Shown here in pieces: positions 23,128 through 36,317 of a stretch of DNA of 64,000 nucleotides. Below the pieces are notes generated by a model. It was not told the DNA's origin and made no database searches. It saw nothing but the letters and a program-made list of their open reading frames with translations. Both the position numbers and the translations under genes were made by a program. The first letter of the stretch is position 1. Each line of letters starts with the position of its first letter. This DNA comes from Octopus sinensis (lineage: Eukaryota), in the NCBI RefSeq assembly GCF_006345805.1, contig NC_042997.1, forward strand, positions 116,622,001 to 116,686,000, in the 5' to 3' direction.

Positions 23128-24133
23128 TTAAGTGATAAACATCTGGAAATTTTTACAGATTTTTACAGTTCCAGTGATGGATTGGATCTGTAGTCTTCGA
23201 ATTAGCTTTCTCCTTTCTGGTTTTGAGAAGCCTAATTTCTCAAGATTGATATTTAGACAGTGTGTTACATATCCCAGAGCCCTAATAATTACAGGTATAA
23301 ACCTGAATTTGTAATCTGAATAGAGTATCTGTAGATTCCTCAATAGTTCAGCGTAGGTATTTTCTTTTTTGCTGATCTTTAGCTATATGTAAACATCAGT
23401 TGGGCAGCTGATTTCCACAACTGTACGCAGGTTGTCTTCTCCATCCGAAAGTACAATGTTAGGTCTATTATGCTTACATTTTATTGAGATTTTCACTGGG
23501 ACATTCCACTAATACTCCTTTTTATGGTAATGACTTCTACCATACTGTAGGTTCTTATTTCTTTGTCCACGGGGTTATCTCTCTGACGGATCTCCTTATA
23601 CAGGTGTCCTAGCTGCAACACGTCTCATCGGTAGATAATACCGTGATGACATTTTCGGACAACTGCTTATGATGTCGGTGATAACTTCAGCCTTAACTCC
23701 ACAAAGTCTGCATCGGTTATCACATTTTACTGCATTTCCTGCATCTCTGTTCTTTTTGTGTGCATCAGGTATTTGGTTGATATTTCCTGTTCATTGATTG
23801 CAAACGCATACATTTCAAAGTGGGAGTTAGTTATCCGGTTGTTGGTCCATGATAGACGGCCTTGATGATCAATGTTACTATCATCCCGGAGCTTTCTACT
23901 AATATATCCATGCATGGTCTTCTGCTGTTTAATGCTCACCCTTACATCTGATGATACGTTGCGATAGGGTCGTTCGGCTTCTTTTGGAATGTGTCTATCA
24001 AACAAGGAATGCTGTTGAAGGAGCTGCTTTTCAAGTCTCATGATGTTATCAACTTCATGTATGCAAACTTGGTTAAGGGATGCACCTCGACATTTGGTGG
24101 TTAAAAGACGTTGTCAAAGGGATATAATATAAC
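23128..24133 (-). mobile_element. Decayed 3' part of an RLE-type LINE (R4/Dong/Hero-like)
   Basis: CRLCGVKAEVITDIISSCP zinc knuckle, HNRPNIV..VEISCP endonuclease core, FIPVIIRALG C-terminal block; stops and frameshifts. Confidence 0.85.
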
Positions 24134-24139
24134 ATTCAA

Positions 24140-24270
24140 AGGCTGCCTGATAGACCGTTACAATAAGTTTGTGAATTTAAGAGGGGGATATGTTGCATAA
24201 AATCATAATTAACTGATCCTCCTGTATTTTCTTTTGCCCAAAGCCAGGAACTTTTCAGCACCTCCTCGTC
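24140..24270 (+). mobile_element. Mariner 3' end fragment
   Basis: DRYNKFVNLRGGYVA* resembles a mariner C-terminus, followed by TIR-like GCCAGGAACTTTTCAGCACCTCCTCGT. Confidence 0.7.
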
Positions 24271-24293
24271 TATATGTGTGTGTGTGTGTGTGC

Positions 24294-24363
<70 letters not shown>

Positions 24364-25284
24364 TGTTATCGCCATATTAATATGACATTCTTATAGATAT
24401 AAGAATAATCGCTGCCATGGTCAGCTCCATGAGGCCACCGCCATCAAGATAGCTATTGATACACGATCTGTACCCATTATAACCTTCGAACAAGGGAGGT
24501 CAGCCGCTTCACACTGTATAACGCGTGTGCATGTGTGCATGTGTGCATGTGTGCATGTATTTGCTATATCTAATGCTGTATAAGGACCATTTATAAAACA
24601 TCTATAAATTGTCCAACTAAAACAATTTATGAATAGATTGAATTAGTCTTGAAATAAAGAGCGCAGACATGATTGTATTATTAAGAAGTTCGCTTCATAA
24701 ACACGTAGTTTTGAGCTGGATCTTTCCGTATAAGATCTTGGGTGCTGCCGTCTTAAGATATAAGGACAGCGGGCAGTAGATGGGGAACAATGTGTGTAAA
24801 TGGCTTAATGTGATCTATATATGCGAAGATCGTGTTTGTAGAGCGCTAAGGTATTGCTTTTCCAGCGGGCATTGAAAAGACATAAATCGTCTACCACGAC
24901 TCATACCTTTCACTGAAACTGAGTCGACTAAGCCTCTCCAGAAGCACACCAGATAGCCGGTACTTTAATTATCATGCTTACACTATTCTTTTCTCGATCC
25001 ATCAATCTTTGAGACATTGTAAATGCAATTGACACTAATTTAGAAAGATTATATCTTCTCATTCATTTTTTTGGAGTAAATTTTGAACCGAATAACAAAT
25101 CTTAAATCTTTTAACAAATTCTAAGCATAAATAATGAAAAAATAATTTTCTGTCTAAATTTAGTCTTTTCAAAAAGTATTTTCTGTCTGTATTTACCTTA
25201 TTTTCTGTCTAAATTCAGCCTCTTCTGAATCAAACAAAGGGAAAATCACAAGATATTTGTAGTGACGCTATTTTTGGAAGTTTT

Positions 25285-25355
25285 CAGCGCGCATGCGCAG
25301 AGTTGGATTACTTCCGGTAGGCCGCCTGAAGTTCCCTCATACGTATGCGCAAAGA
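25285..25355. promoter_or_regulatory. Housekeeping-type promoter motif cluster
   Basis: Perfect NRF1-type palindrome GCGCATGCGC (25289-98), ETS-type ACTTCCGG (25310-17) and half-site TATGCGCA (25344-51) in a CpG-rich, repeat-free island. Confidence 0.55.
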
Positions 25356-26389
25356 ACTGCAAACTGAAAGCGTTCCCGCTAAACCTGTCTTTTTGAATTA
25401 GCAACCCTACCGAGTGGACGTGCCCAATTCTTCTCCCAGGGAAAACCCTACGTACAGAGAAGCTCTTCTTCGAAGCGGGAACGGAGACAGTAATTTTGGC
25501 TCACACAAGTGAACATTTGTGAACAGTCTTGTGGACTTGGCTACCGGTTCGCCTTCTAGGAAAATATATGTGTATATAATTTTTATATTTGCGAAACCCG
25601 GAAAATAAAGTATTATTTATTGTTATTGAAGACAGTCGGATTTTGGTTCTCCCTTCGACAATTGTATGTGACAAGATAAGTCAGACACCCCTCAAGTGTT
25701 CCTGAGACCTTCATCTTGTTACATATTGTTACTAATTGTACACGCAATCTCTTTTCTTTTATTAAAGTCATGTGACAGCTACCGCTACTTCCCAACCGTA
25801 TATCGAAATAGTTTCTCATAGCTAAAAGACATTGAAGAAACCGATACGAAGACATCAGGATTACTGCTCACGTTGTTATAAATGCAACTCTGCACTTCAT
25901 CATAGTTTAGTTCCAATAAAATAATCGATATACCATTGATTAATACAAATCTACGTATCGTGACGGTTCCATTTTAAAATAATCTTACCACAATTTCTAT
26001 AATGTTGCGTTCAAATATTTATTCAGGATTTTACATTAATTCAAACGTAGATTAGGATGGCGAGTAAAGAAAATGCCTTGTTGAACATTTATGTGAGATG
26101 GTTAATCGATGAAAGCAAGAATCAGTTTGTCGTTGTAGAAATAAGAAAGGTTAAAAACTGCCAAACCATCAGTTCAAATAACTTGTAAACTGAAACAGAC
26201 GTTTGTGTCCTGCATGAAAGCTAATTCGAGACAGTTTACGCTTCGAATAAAAACGCCGCTTCCACCCAACAAAAGGTTAGATATTTGAAAGATTTACAGT
26301 AATTGTAGTTGAGCTCGACTTGAGGAGAGAGATTAAAATTGGAATATTTATTCCTATTATGACAGAATATTTTCTTTATAATTTTAGCA

Positions 26390-27010
26390 CAAAGCCAGCA
26401 CTTTGAGCGGAGAGTTAAGTCGATTACATCGATCCCAGAACCCGACTGGTACTTTATTTAATCAAACTTGTAAGGGTGAAAGACAAAGTCGATTACGGCA
26501 GGGTTTGAACCCAGAGTGTAATGAGCTGGAAGAAATGCATCTAAGCATTTTGTCCACGAGCTATGGACCCTTCCAGACTGACGTCTTCCAACTGCAACAG
26601 TACTGAAATCAATATTGGTTTCGAATTTTCGCACAAGGTCAACAGCTTCGGAGGGGGACTAAGTCGATTAAATCGACTCCAATGTTAAACTGGTACTTAT
26701 TGTCATCGACCCCGAAAGGATGAAAGGCAAAGTCAACCACGGCGGAATTTGAACTCAGAACGTAACGGCAGACGAAATACCTATTTCTTTACTACCCACA
26801 AGGGGCTAAGCACAGAGGGAACGAAAAAGGACAGACAAACGGATTAAGTCGATTATATCGACCCCAGTGCGTAACTGGTACTTATTTAATCGATCCCGAA
26901 AGGATGAAAGGCAAAGTCGACCTCGGCGGAATTTGAACTCAGAACGTAACGGGAGATGAAATATGACGACGCATTTCGCCCGGCGTGCTAACGTTTCTGC
27001 TAGCTCTCCG
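26390..27010 (-). mobile_element. Family B SINE cluster with concatemer (about 26690-27010)
   Basis: Same units and junction as the other arrays. Confidence 0.9.
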
Positions 27011-27136
27011 CTTCGCCGCTCCTAATATTGAAATGAATATCGAGATATCTAACCGAGAATCAAAACCAGGCAGTATATTTCGTTTAAAAATCGAAAATGA
27101 AATGAATGCTTTAGAAACTGACAAGACAACAGATTG

Positions 27137-27254
<118 letters not shown>

Positions 27255-27597
27255 GTCACAACCAAACTGAGTCACACTGTTAGTACAAACCTAAATGATA
27301 TTTGGAACAAAGCCATGATACCAGCTTCGATTTTAAAATATTTGTGTCTCTCCTAAATTCAAAAAAATTCTTCTTAATATTGTGGTCACGTATCATGTTA
27401 GTCACTCGTCTCTAGCCATAGATCGAACCCTTATATGCTTCCACTCAGAATAATGTAGCCATCTCGTTATCAACCACACCATACGAGACTCCCAACCGAA
27501 ACTTAAATGCCAGTTTTATAGCAAGCAGATTCAACTTAATATTCATTAACCTCATTTACATCAATGATTCTCAAAATTATAAATTACAAGCCCCTCT

Positions 27598-27945
27598 TTT
27601 ACTCTTTTACTTGTTTTAGTCATTTGACTGCGGCCATGCTGGAGCACTGCCTTTAGTCGAGCAAATCGACCCTAGGACTTATTCTTTGTAAGCCTAGTAC
27701 TTATTCTATCGGTCTTTTTTGCCGAACCGCTAAGTTACGGGTACGTAAACACACCAACATCGGTTGTCAAGCGATGTTGGGGGCGGGGGACAAACACAGA
27801 CACACATGTATATACATATACATTTTTACGACGGGATTCTTTCAGTTTCCGTCTACCAAATCCACTCACAAGGCTTTGGTCATCCCGAGGTTATAGTAGA
27901 AGACACTTGCCCAAGGTGCCAAGCAGTGGGACTGAACCTGGAACC
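27598..27945 (-). mobile_element. SINE family A
   Basis: Tail, internal microsatellite and partial head. Confidence 0.9.
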
Positions 27946-28089
27946 TAGAACCAGTTTGAAATGTCGAGAAATGATACGATTAATTCTTTCAAATGTTCAC
28001 AAAAATGTATTTATACACTATATATTTCAAATGTAAATGTTAAAAGTTTAACAGACACACGAACACACATGCATACCCGCCCGCCCATT

Positions 28090-28411
28090 GGCTCTCCGTC
28101 GGTTACGACGACGAGGGTTCCAGTTGATCCGATCAACTGAAAAACTTGCTCGTGAAATTAACGTGCAAGTGGCTGAGCACTCCACAGACATGCGAACCCT
28201 TAATATAGTTTTCAGGGAGATTCAGTGTGAACACAGAGTGTGACAAGGCTGGCCCTTTTGAATTTAGGTACAATCGGTTTTTGTTAGCCGAGTAGACTGG
28301 AGCAATGGGAAATGAAGTGTCTTGCTCAAGGACACAACGCACCGCTGGGAATCGAACTCACGACATTATGGTCGTGAGCCAAATACCCTAACCAGTAAGC
28401 CAAGCGCTTTC
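28090..28411 (-). mobile_element. tRNA-derived SINE, C head with F tail, followed by a (CA/CG)n microsatellite to about 28725
   Basis: Matches the 913 and 51668 copies. Confidence 0.9.
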
Positions 28412-28678
28412 ACACATGCACACAAAGACAGACACGCGCAGGCACACGCACGTGCACACACGCACAAAGACATGCGCGCGCACACACACACGCGAACACG
28501 GACACACACACACACACGCGCACACACGCGCACACACGCAAACACACACACACACTCACACTCAAACACACACACACGCACACACATACACACACACACG
28601 CACGCACACACACACACAGACATGCGCACGCGCACATACACGCACGCACGCACGCATACACACATACACGCACACGCA

Positions 28679-28709
<31 letters not shown>

Positions 28710-29135
28710 CACATACACAAACAAACAAATTACTGAGTGTAAATCTTCTTGCCACAATAAACTTCTCATAATTCTCCTTAGATTAAATTTTTGATTTTCA
28801 AAATTGAAACAATCTTTCAGTATTTTTCTATTTGCTATGCAAGATTCTTGATCTGAACACGTGTGTTGAAACAATTTTCGTTGTATATCGGGAGGACAAT
28901 AAACCCACGCACGATATTGTTTCACTGCTTTTATCATCAAAGCTCAACTACTCGCATCTAACCATCAAACCAATTAACTAATCACTCGCTTGATTAATCG
29001 TTCGGTGAATCAATCAATCAGATTGGTTTGTAAGAGTCCTTTCGTCGACATTCGCGACTTCATGAATGACATGCCCTTTCTACTTCATGTCTGGTTGTCT
29101 ACTAGTTTACAAATTCTATTAGTATGTTTATAGAG

Positions 29136-29183
<48 letters not shown>

Positions 29184-29469
29184 GTGCGTGTGTTTGAAAG
29201 AAAGAGAGTGAATATGTGTATCGGAGTAAGGGCGTGAGCGCGCGGGCCTGCGTGGCATGATGTGAATTTTGTGGGTTAGTGCACGTGAGGGATTCTGAAT
29301 TAGATTCTCAAAACGAAAATACATTAAAACTGTTTACAAAAAGCATAATGTAGTTGTTAGGCTGGTGTTTAAGAATTTCCACGCTAAAACTAACGTGTCG
29401 AAAGATTAAAGAGAGATAGACTCAAAAGGAAAACACCAGACCCCACACATACTCTCCACCCACACAAAT

Positions 29470-29515
<46 letters not shown>

Positions 29516-29540
29516 GTATGTGTATATATATATATATTAT

Positions 29541-29577
<37 letters not shown>

Positions 29578-29677
29578 NNNNNNNNNNNNNNNNNNNNNNN
29601 NNNNNNNNNNNNNNNNNNNNNNNNNNNNNNNNNNNNNNNNNNNNNNNNNNNNNNNNNNNNNNNNNNNNNNNNNNNNN
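29578..29677. other. Assembly gap (100 N)
   Basis: N run between (TA)n and a family B array. Confidence 0.99.
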
Positions 29678-29937
29678 TGAACTCAGAACGTAACGGCAGA
29701 TGAAATACCTATTCTTACTACCCACAAGGGGTTAAAACATAGAGGGGACAAACAAGGACAGACAAATGGATTAAGTCGATTACATCGACCCCAGTGGGTA
29801 ACTGGTACTTAATTATCGACCCTGAAAGGATGAAAGGCAAAGTCGACATGGGCGGAATTGAACTCAGAACGTAATGGCAGACGAAATACGGTACGCATTC
29901 GCCCGGCGTGCTAACGTTACTGCCAGCTCGCCGCCTT
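29678..29937 (-). mobile_element. Family B SINE concatemer truncated by the gap
   Basis: Family units with many single-base deletions. Confidence 0.9.
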
Positions 29938-29969
<32 letters not shown>

Positions 29970-29999
29970 CTATATATATATATTAGTATATGTATATAA

Positions 30000-30039
<40 letters not shown>

Positions 30040-30062
30040 TATATATATATATAATATATGTA

Positions 30063-30093
<31 letters not shown>

Positions 30094-30096
30094 TCT

Positions 30097-30325
30097 TTAT
30101 TGTTTTACTTGTTTCAGTCATGTGACTGTGGCCATGCTGGAGCACCCACCTTTAGTCGAGCAAATTGACCTCAGGACTTATTCTTTGTAAGCCTAGTACT
30201 TATTCCATCGGTATATTTTTTCCGAACCGCTAAGTTACTGGGACGTAAACACACCAGCATCTTTTGTCAAGCGATGTTGGGGGACAAACACAGACATACA
30301 AACATATACACATACATATGTAATA

Positions 30326-30398
<73 letters not shown>

Positions 30399-30505
30399 TA
30401 TATATATATACGACAAGCTTCTTTCAGTTTCCGTCTACCAAATCCACTCACGAGGCTTTGGTCGGCCCGAGGCTATAGTAGAAGACACTTGCCCAAGGTG
30501 CAGTG
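30097..30505 (-). mobile_element. SINE family A with internal (TA)n
   Basis: Family head and tail motifs. Confidence 0.9.
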
Positions 30506-30801
30506 TGACTGAACTTATCGATACTACGATGCTACAGTATCGTAAGTCCAAGCCTCGCTTTTTCAGAAAACGAAAAAATTCCTTCGACATTCCGTAGCAA
30601 AACCGTTGTACTACACTTTGGCAATTTTTGATATCTTGGTGTCTGAAGCAACTAGAGATACGATAGTTTGACAATCAGAACCTGTTATTGCAAGCAAAAA
30701 TGAATATTGAAAAAAAAACAAAAACGCAGTTGGCCAACGGTGCTATTATGTTAAACTATTATATTCACATGCATGTATTTAAGTATTCACACACATATAT
30801 T

Positions 30802-30849
<48 letters not shown>

Positions 30850-31129
30850 TATATATATATTATACGTGTGTATGTGACGTGTGCTGTACGTACAGGTTAT
30901 CTATATGCATATGAGTATGTGGTGAGTATACACATTTAGAAACACGCATAAGTGTACTTAGAATAAATAAATTGAAGTATTGTCGCAGTGTCAAAATGTT
31001 TACGTAAATAAAGTAGCGAGTACAACAATAAACGCATCGTTTCGTTCGAAAAATCTGTCAGGGAGTAACTAACCAGAAAACTGACGGACCTTATATAGCT
31101 ATTTGGCAAAGGAAATTGTGTTAGTCTAA

Positions 31130-31138
31130 ATAGTAATT

Positions 31139-31173
<35 letters not shown>

Positions 31174-31510
31174 ATAGTATTGAGGAAAGTGTAATAAAAA
31201 CTGGAGCAGAAGAATGAATGGAAAGATATAAATATAGACAGAAAGGTATGTACATGAAAAAGGATAGGTACGATGATGATGGCGATGATAACGATCAGGG
31301 TGGCGATGATAAAGGTTGTGGTGCGATGATGATGATGAGGAGGACGGTATGTAAACCGAATGAAATGTGATGATAACAGCGATTATAATAAACATGAAGA
31401 TAGTGATGATGGCGGCGGTGGTGGTGGTGGTGAGGGACGAGTTGGTGCTGGTGATGGTTGAGTCAGTGATGACGGTAGGGAAGATGCTAATGATGATGAT
31501 GATAGTTTTT
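31130..31510. repeat. Degenerate (GAT)n/(GGT)n trinucleotide region
   Basis: Directly visible; explains the low-complexity ORFs. Confidence 0.85.
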
Positions 31511-31636
31511 ATGACCTCTTTTAAGTTCGCCTGCATTTTAGTTACACAGTCATTTGTCCATTACTGGGTTAATATGTCGGCTTGACTGATTTTCTTTATT
31601 ATTTCCTTTTACGAGGCTAGTCCGGTGGATTTATCT

Positions 31637-31719
31637 GCTTAACCACCGGCTTAATCACCAGCTTAGTCACTGGCTTAATTACTAGCTTGGTCACTGGCTT
31701 GGTTACTGGCTTAGTCACA
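31637..31719. repeat. 12-bp minisatellite, about 7 copies of GCTTAGTCACTG
   Basis: Directly visible. Confidence 0.85.
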
Positions 31720-32084
31720 AACGATCCGACCAGGTTTTAGCACTGCCCAGGTAACGAAACCACAATAATATACGTTTGGCAGCTGATGATGGAATTATGT
31801 TTGTCGCGCTTATCTGTGAATCTTTTATATCTTGTGTTCCCGTTTTCTAAGTAGTCTTTCATTCTCGTTAGGCTGAACTTGTTAAAGGGTTCTTGGATTT
31901 TTGGTTTCTTGTCGTTCTGCAGTTTATATTATATCGCACATTGATATTCCGTAATTGTCCTTCATTAGTATTCTGATTACTTGAGACACTCAGGCACGCA
32001 CGCACACACATACACACGCACGCACACACATACACACGCATACACACACATACACACACACACACACATTACATGTCTACAATG

Positions 32085-32520
32085 CGGCGAGCAGGCAGAA
32101 TCGTTAACACGCCAGAAAAAATGCTTAACGGCACTTCGTCCGTCTTCACGTTCTGAGTTCAAATTCCGATGATGTCGACTTTGCCTTTCATTCTTTCAGA
32201 GTCGATAGAAGTACCAGTCAAGTACTGGGGTCAATGTAATCGACTTACTCTTCCTTCAAATACTGGCTGGTTCTTTGTAACAAAATTTGATACCAATATT
32301 AAAGATGAATATAGCGACGAACTGGTAGTGTCATCAGAACAATGAACAAAACGCTTGGTTACATTTCTTCCGGCACTTTACGTTCTGAGTTCAAATTTCG
32401 CCGAGCTCGACTTTGCCTTTTACTCTTTCAGGGGTCGTTGAAATAAGTACCAGTTAAGTACCAGAGTCAGTGTAACAGATTTCCCTCTCCCCTTAAAATT
32501 ATTGGTCAGGTGTCAAAATT
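32085..32520 (+). mobile_element. Two diverged family B SINE copies
   Basis: CGTTCTGAGTTCAAATT..GACTTTGCCTTT motifs twice. Confidence 0.8.
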
Positions 32521-32550
32521 GGAAAAAAATATTATAAGTGTATGCATGTA

Positions 32551-33453
32551 CATGGTCTGATCAGAAAGTATCCGAGCTGTTGCTATAGTAATGAAGCTAA
32601 AGCACGCAGATTAAAGCCGCTTGGCACAGATTGACCTTGAAATTTGTTGTGCATACGCACTAAGTTTTAACGTTCTAGCTCACTTGCTTTGTTTACAGAA
32701 GTGCTTGGAAGGAAGGTGTGTAGCGTGTAATCGTCGCATTGACCATGACAGAGAAAGTTGAGCAAAGAATATGCACCAAATTTTGCCAAATGCCTGGCGA
32801 TACTTGCTCAGGGGCCTGACCAAAGTTTTCAAAAACTTTTCCTCGTTCTCGACACAGCCAACGATTTCTTGTACAAGTGAAACCCATATATCATTTTAGT
32901 CAGCTGAAAGCAGTTTTGGCACAAACATGGCAAACAGGCGTCTCATACCCAAATCTTCAGTGATAATGGACTGAACTGAACCGTAACAAATCTGCACATT
33001 CTCTGATAACTCACGGATGGTGATTCGACAATTTCCCCTCATAGTTGCACACATATCTGTGATGTTTTTCTCAGTTCTTCTGGTTGCAGGTGTCCTTGGA
33101 CGTTCGTCAATATCGACATTTATACGGACATCTTGGAAACGTCTGAACTACTCGTACACTTGTGTGGCTCATACACTCCTCTCCATACACATTCTGCAAC
33201 TTTGCTTTGGCATCTGAGCAAGTATCGCCATAACAACTTTCTGTCATGGTCAATGCTACACACCTTCCTTCTAATCACACGCTACACAGTTTCCTTCAAA
33301 GCACTTCTGTAAACAGCAGAAGTGAGCTAGAACGTTAAAACTTAGTGCACATGTACTCAGAGTTGAAGGTCAATCTGTGCCAGGCGGTTTTACTCTGCGT
33401 GCTTTAGCTTCGTTACTACCACAACCGTTCGGATATTTATTGAGTAGACCTTG
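32551..33453. mobile_element. Mariner derivative made of two inward-facing 5' ends
   Basis: About 200 bp at each end are reverse complements, each running from the TIR to the start of the transposase (MTEK..); TA at 32549-50 and 33454-55. Confidence 0.85.
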
Positions 33454-33938
33454 TATTTGTGTCTAAGTCGGAGACCACAGTTTCGCACAGAATACCTGCA
33501 GTTTGGCATAGGTTAATCTATTTCAAGAAAAATATCACAAGCAATGTAACTTTTCCGGCAGAAAATACGATAAACATTGAAGAATTTGCTGTTTAGAAAA
33601 TAATTCGTTTGAATAATTATGTAAATTGGTCAGGATTTCTAAACAAAATGTTTTTCCCAGGAAATATGAACAAATGTAAGCGTACAATATTATTATTATT
33701 ATAAATTCTGTATTTTTTGCTATATTTTGTGTAGTTTATGAAACTCGTCATGAAGGATCTGAGTTGCTTAGATGCAACGAGTGTATGTGTATATGTGTAA
33801 GTAAGTACGTATGTATATAGCTCTCTCTCTCTCTCTCTCTCTCTCTTTGTATATGTATATATATATATATAGATATATATTATATTATAATATAATATAT
33901 AGATATATATATATCTATATATACATATACATATACAA

Positions 33939-33980
<42 letters not shown>

Positions 33981-34012
33981 TATATATATGTATATATAAA
34001 CGATAACGAAAA

Positions 34013-34313
34013 GCGCCCTTTTCAAGCTTAGCCAGGCTCATGGCTTGGTTTCCCGGTTTCTGTGGCGTATGTGTCTCCCCCAGCTGGACGGGACGCCAAT
34101 CCATCGCAGCGTTGCTCCAGAAACAGGAAGAGAGAGTGAGTGAAGGTTGTGGCGAAAGAGTACAACAGGGGTCGAAACCACCCCTTGCCGGAGCCTCGTG
34201 GAGCTTTTAGGTGTTTTCGCTCAATAAACACACACAACGCCCAGTCTGGGAATCGAAATCGCGATCCTCCGACCGCGTGTCCGCTGCCCTAACCACTGGG
34301 CCATTGCGCCTCC
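34013..34313 (-). mobile_element. tRNA-derived SINE family D (alternative tail)
   Basis: Head nearly identical to the 14684-15079 copy, different 3' body. Confidence 0.9.
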
Positions 34314-34314
34314 A

Positions 34315-34358
<44 letters not shown>

Positions 34359-34437
34359 ACACACACACGCACACACATTTAGCTCGTTTTTGCAAGATTC
34401 TTTATGTGAATTCGTGTGTTGTAGCAAATTCTATTGC

Positions 34438-34607
34438 GTCTGGGGAGACATTCTTTTTCCATGCCTTATTATTTAACACACTCACTTTAGAAAAAAATAA
34501 GTATTTAACACTGATTTCAGAAAAAAATAAATAAGTAAACGAGTGTAAATCGAGCGGTGAATTGTGTGAAATAATGAGGCACTAAAAGAGAATGACTCTC
34601 CCCAGAC
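34438..34607. mobile_element. Small fold-back element with GTCTGGGGAGAG arms, related to 1873-2995
   Basis: About 50-bp inverted arms sharing the GTCTGGGGAGAGTCATT motif. Confidence 0.7.
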
Positions 34608-34608
34608 C

Positions 34609-34663
<55 letters not shown>

Positions 34664-34680
34664 TATATATATGATATATA

Positions 34681-34940
34681 CTAGCAGTATCGCCCGGCGT
34701 TGCTCGGGTTTTGTAAAGGGAAATAACTATAAAAACATTTTTAGAGATGTTAAAGTATAATAGCCAATCTCAATATGGCTACCCACAAAAGGGGGTGTTT
34801 ACTGTAGCTTTTTACTTTCTGAGATTTAATAAGACATTTTCTAGAGAGTTACTTCCCTTATATAAGAGCAAAAAAATGCATTAAAAATCCAAAAAAATGA
34901 TGGTAAATTATTTATTTAAATCATAGACTCATCGTAGACA
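34681..34940 (-). mobile_element. Helitron 3' portion (same family as 4562)
   Basis: CTAGCAGTATCGCCCGGCGTTGCTCGGG end and shared GGGAAATAACTATAAA. Confidence 0.85.
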
Positions 34941-35160
34941 ACTCCAGAAATTAAATTAAATTAATTTAATTCAAATTTTCATTTTGAATGAAACTAGTTA
35001 ATTGATATTTCATCAGGGACGAATTCTCCCAAAAGTGAGTTACATTTTAACGTGTTGGTTGACCTACGATAGACTCATATGCGTACGTTTTAGAATGTGG
35101 GCGTTGTTTAAAAATTATTTTCATATTTTTTCATATTTTCATATTTTCATAACTATTTTT

Positions 35161-35313
35161 AGGCTGTGTGGTAAGTAGCTTGCTTACCAACCACATGGTT
35201 CCGGGTTTAGTCTCACTGCGTGGCACCTTGGGCAAGTGTCTTCTACTATAGCCTCGGGCTGACCAAAGCTTTGTGAGTGGATTTGGTAGACGGAAACCGA
35301 AAGAAGCCCGTCG

Positions 35314-35355
<42 letters not shown>

Positions 35356-35625
35356 CTACTATCTCCTATCTATCTATATATATTATATATATATATATAT
35401 ATGTCTGTGTATATGTTTGTGTGCCTGTGTTTGCCTCCCCAACATCACTTGACAACCGATGCTGGTGTGTTTACGTCCCCGTAACTTAGCCGTTAGGCAA
35501 AAGAGACCGATAGAATATGTACTAGGCTTACAAAGAATAAGTCCTAGGGTCGATTTGCTCGACTAAAGACGGTACTCCAGCATTGCCACAGTCAAATGAC
35601 TGAAACAAGTAAAAGAGTAAAGAGC
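35161..35625 (+). mobile_element. Near full-length SINE family A with internal (TATC)n/(TA)n
   Basis: Family head and tail motifs. Confidence 0.92.
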
Positions 35626-36285
35626 ATATATATATATATACACATAAACAAATACATCTGATACATTTGTGTGCGTTCATGTATAATAGATGATGGGTTT
35701 TTTATTGGGTGCGGGGGACTCTATTATATGGTAATTAACTAACAGTTTGATACGACGTATTTTTTGTTGTCTTAAGTATTTTTAACAAATGCATGCATAA
35801 CTAGTTGATAAATGTTATCCCCTTCTCTCTCACATTCTCTCCTTACCCATCTTTCTTTCTCACTCGATTTATTATCTCTCTGTCTTTCTCTGGCATATAC
35901 TTAGCCCGAACTACTGTACCCCCATTACCAATTAAAAACCATCATGAATTACATATGAAGGCATACAAATGTATCAGATGTAATTGCTTATTTGTTAATA
36001 AATGAAAATAATGGATATTTAAACAACGCACACACCTGAGTCTGTAGTAGATCAACATCCACGTTAAGATGTAACTCCCTTTCGGGAAAATTCTTCCCTG
36101 ATGAAATACTCAATTAACCAGCTTCAGTATAATTTTTTTTAATTAAATTGATTTAATTTAATTTTTGTAATTGAATTAATTGAGTATGGAAACAGCTGTA
36201 GGACTGGAATATCATTATATGGATTCAAGTATCTTTGAGTAAACTGATATCCGCATGTCAATTTCTCCATTTTTATATTTTTCTC

Positions 36286-36289
<4 letters not shown>

Positions 36290-36317
<28 letters not shown>

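Noticed and set aside
24914-24969. Minus-strand 56-nt exon candidate ending AAG/GTATGA
   Set aside because: The acceptor is purine-rich and two frames are open, so it cannot be discriminated from chance
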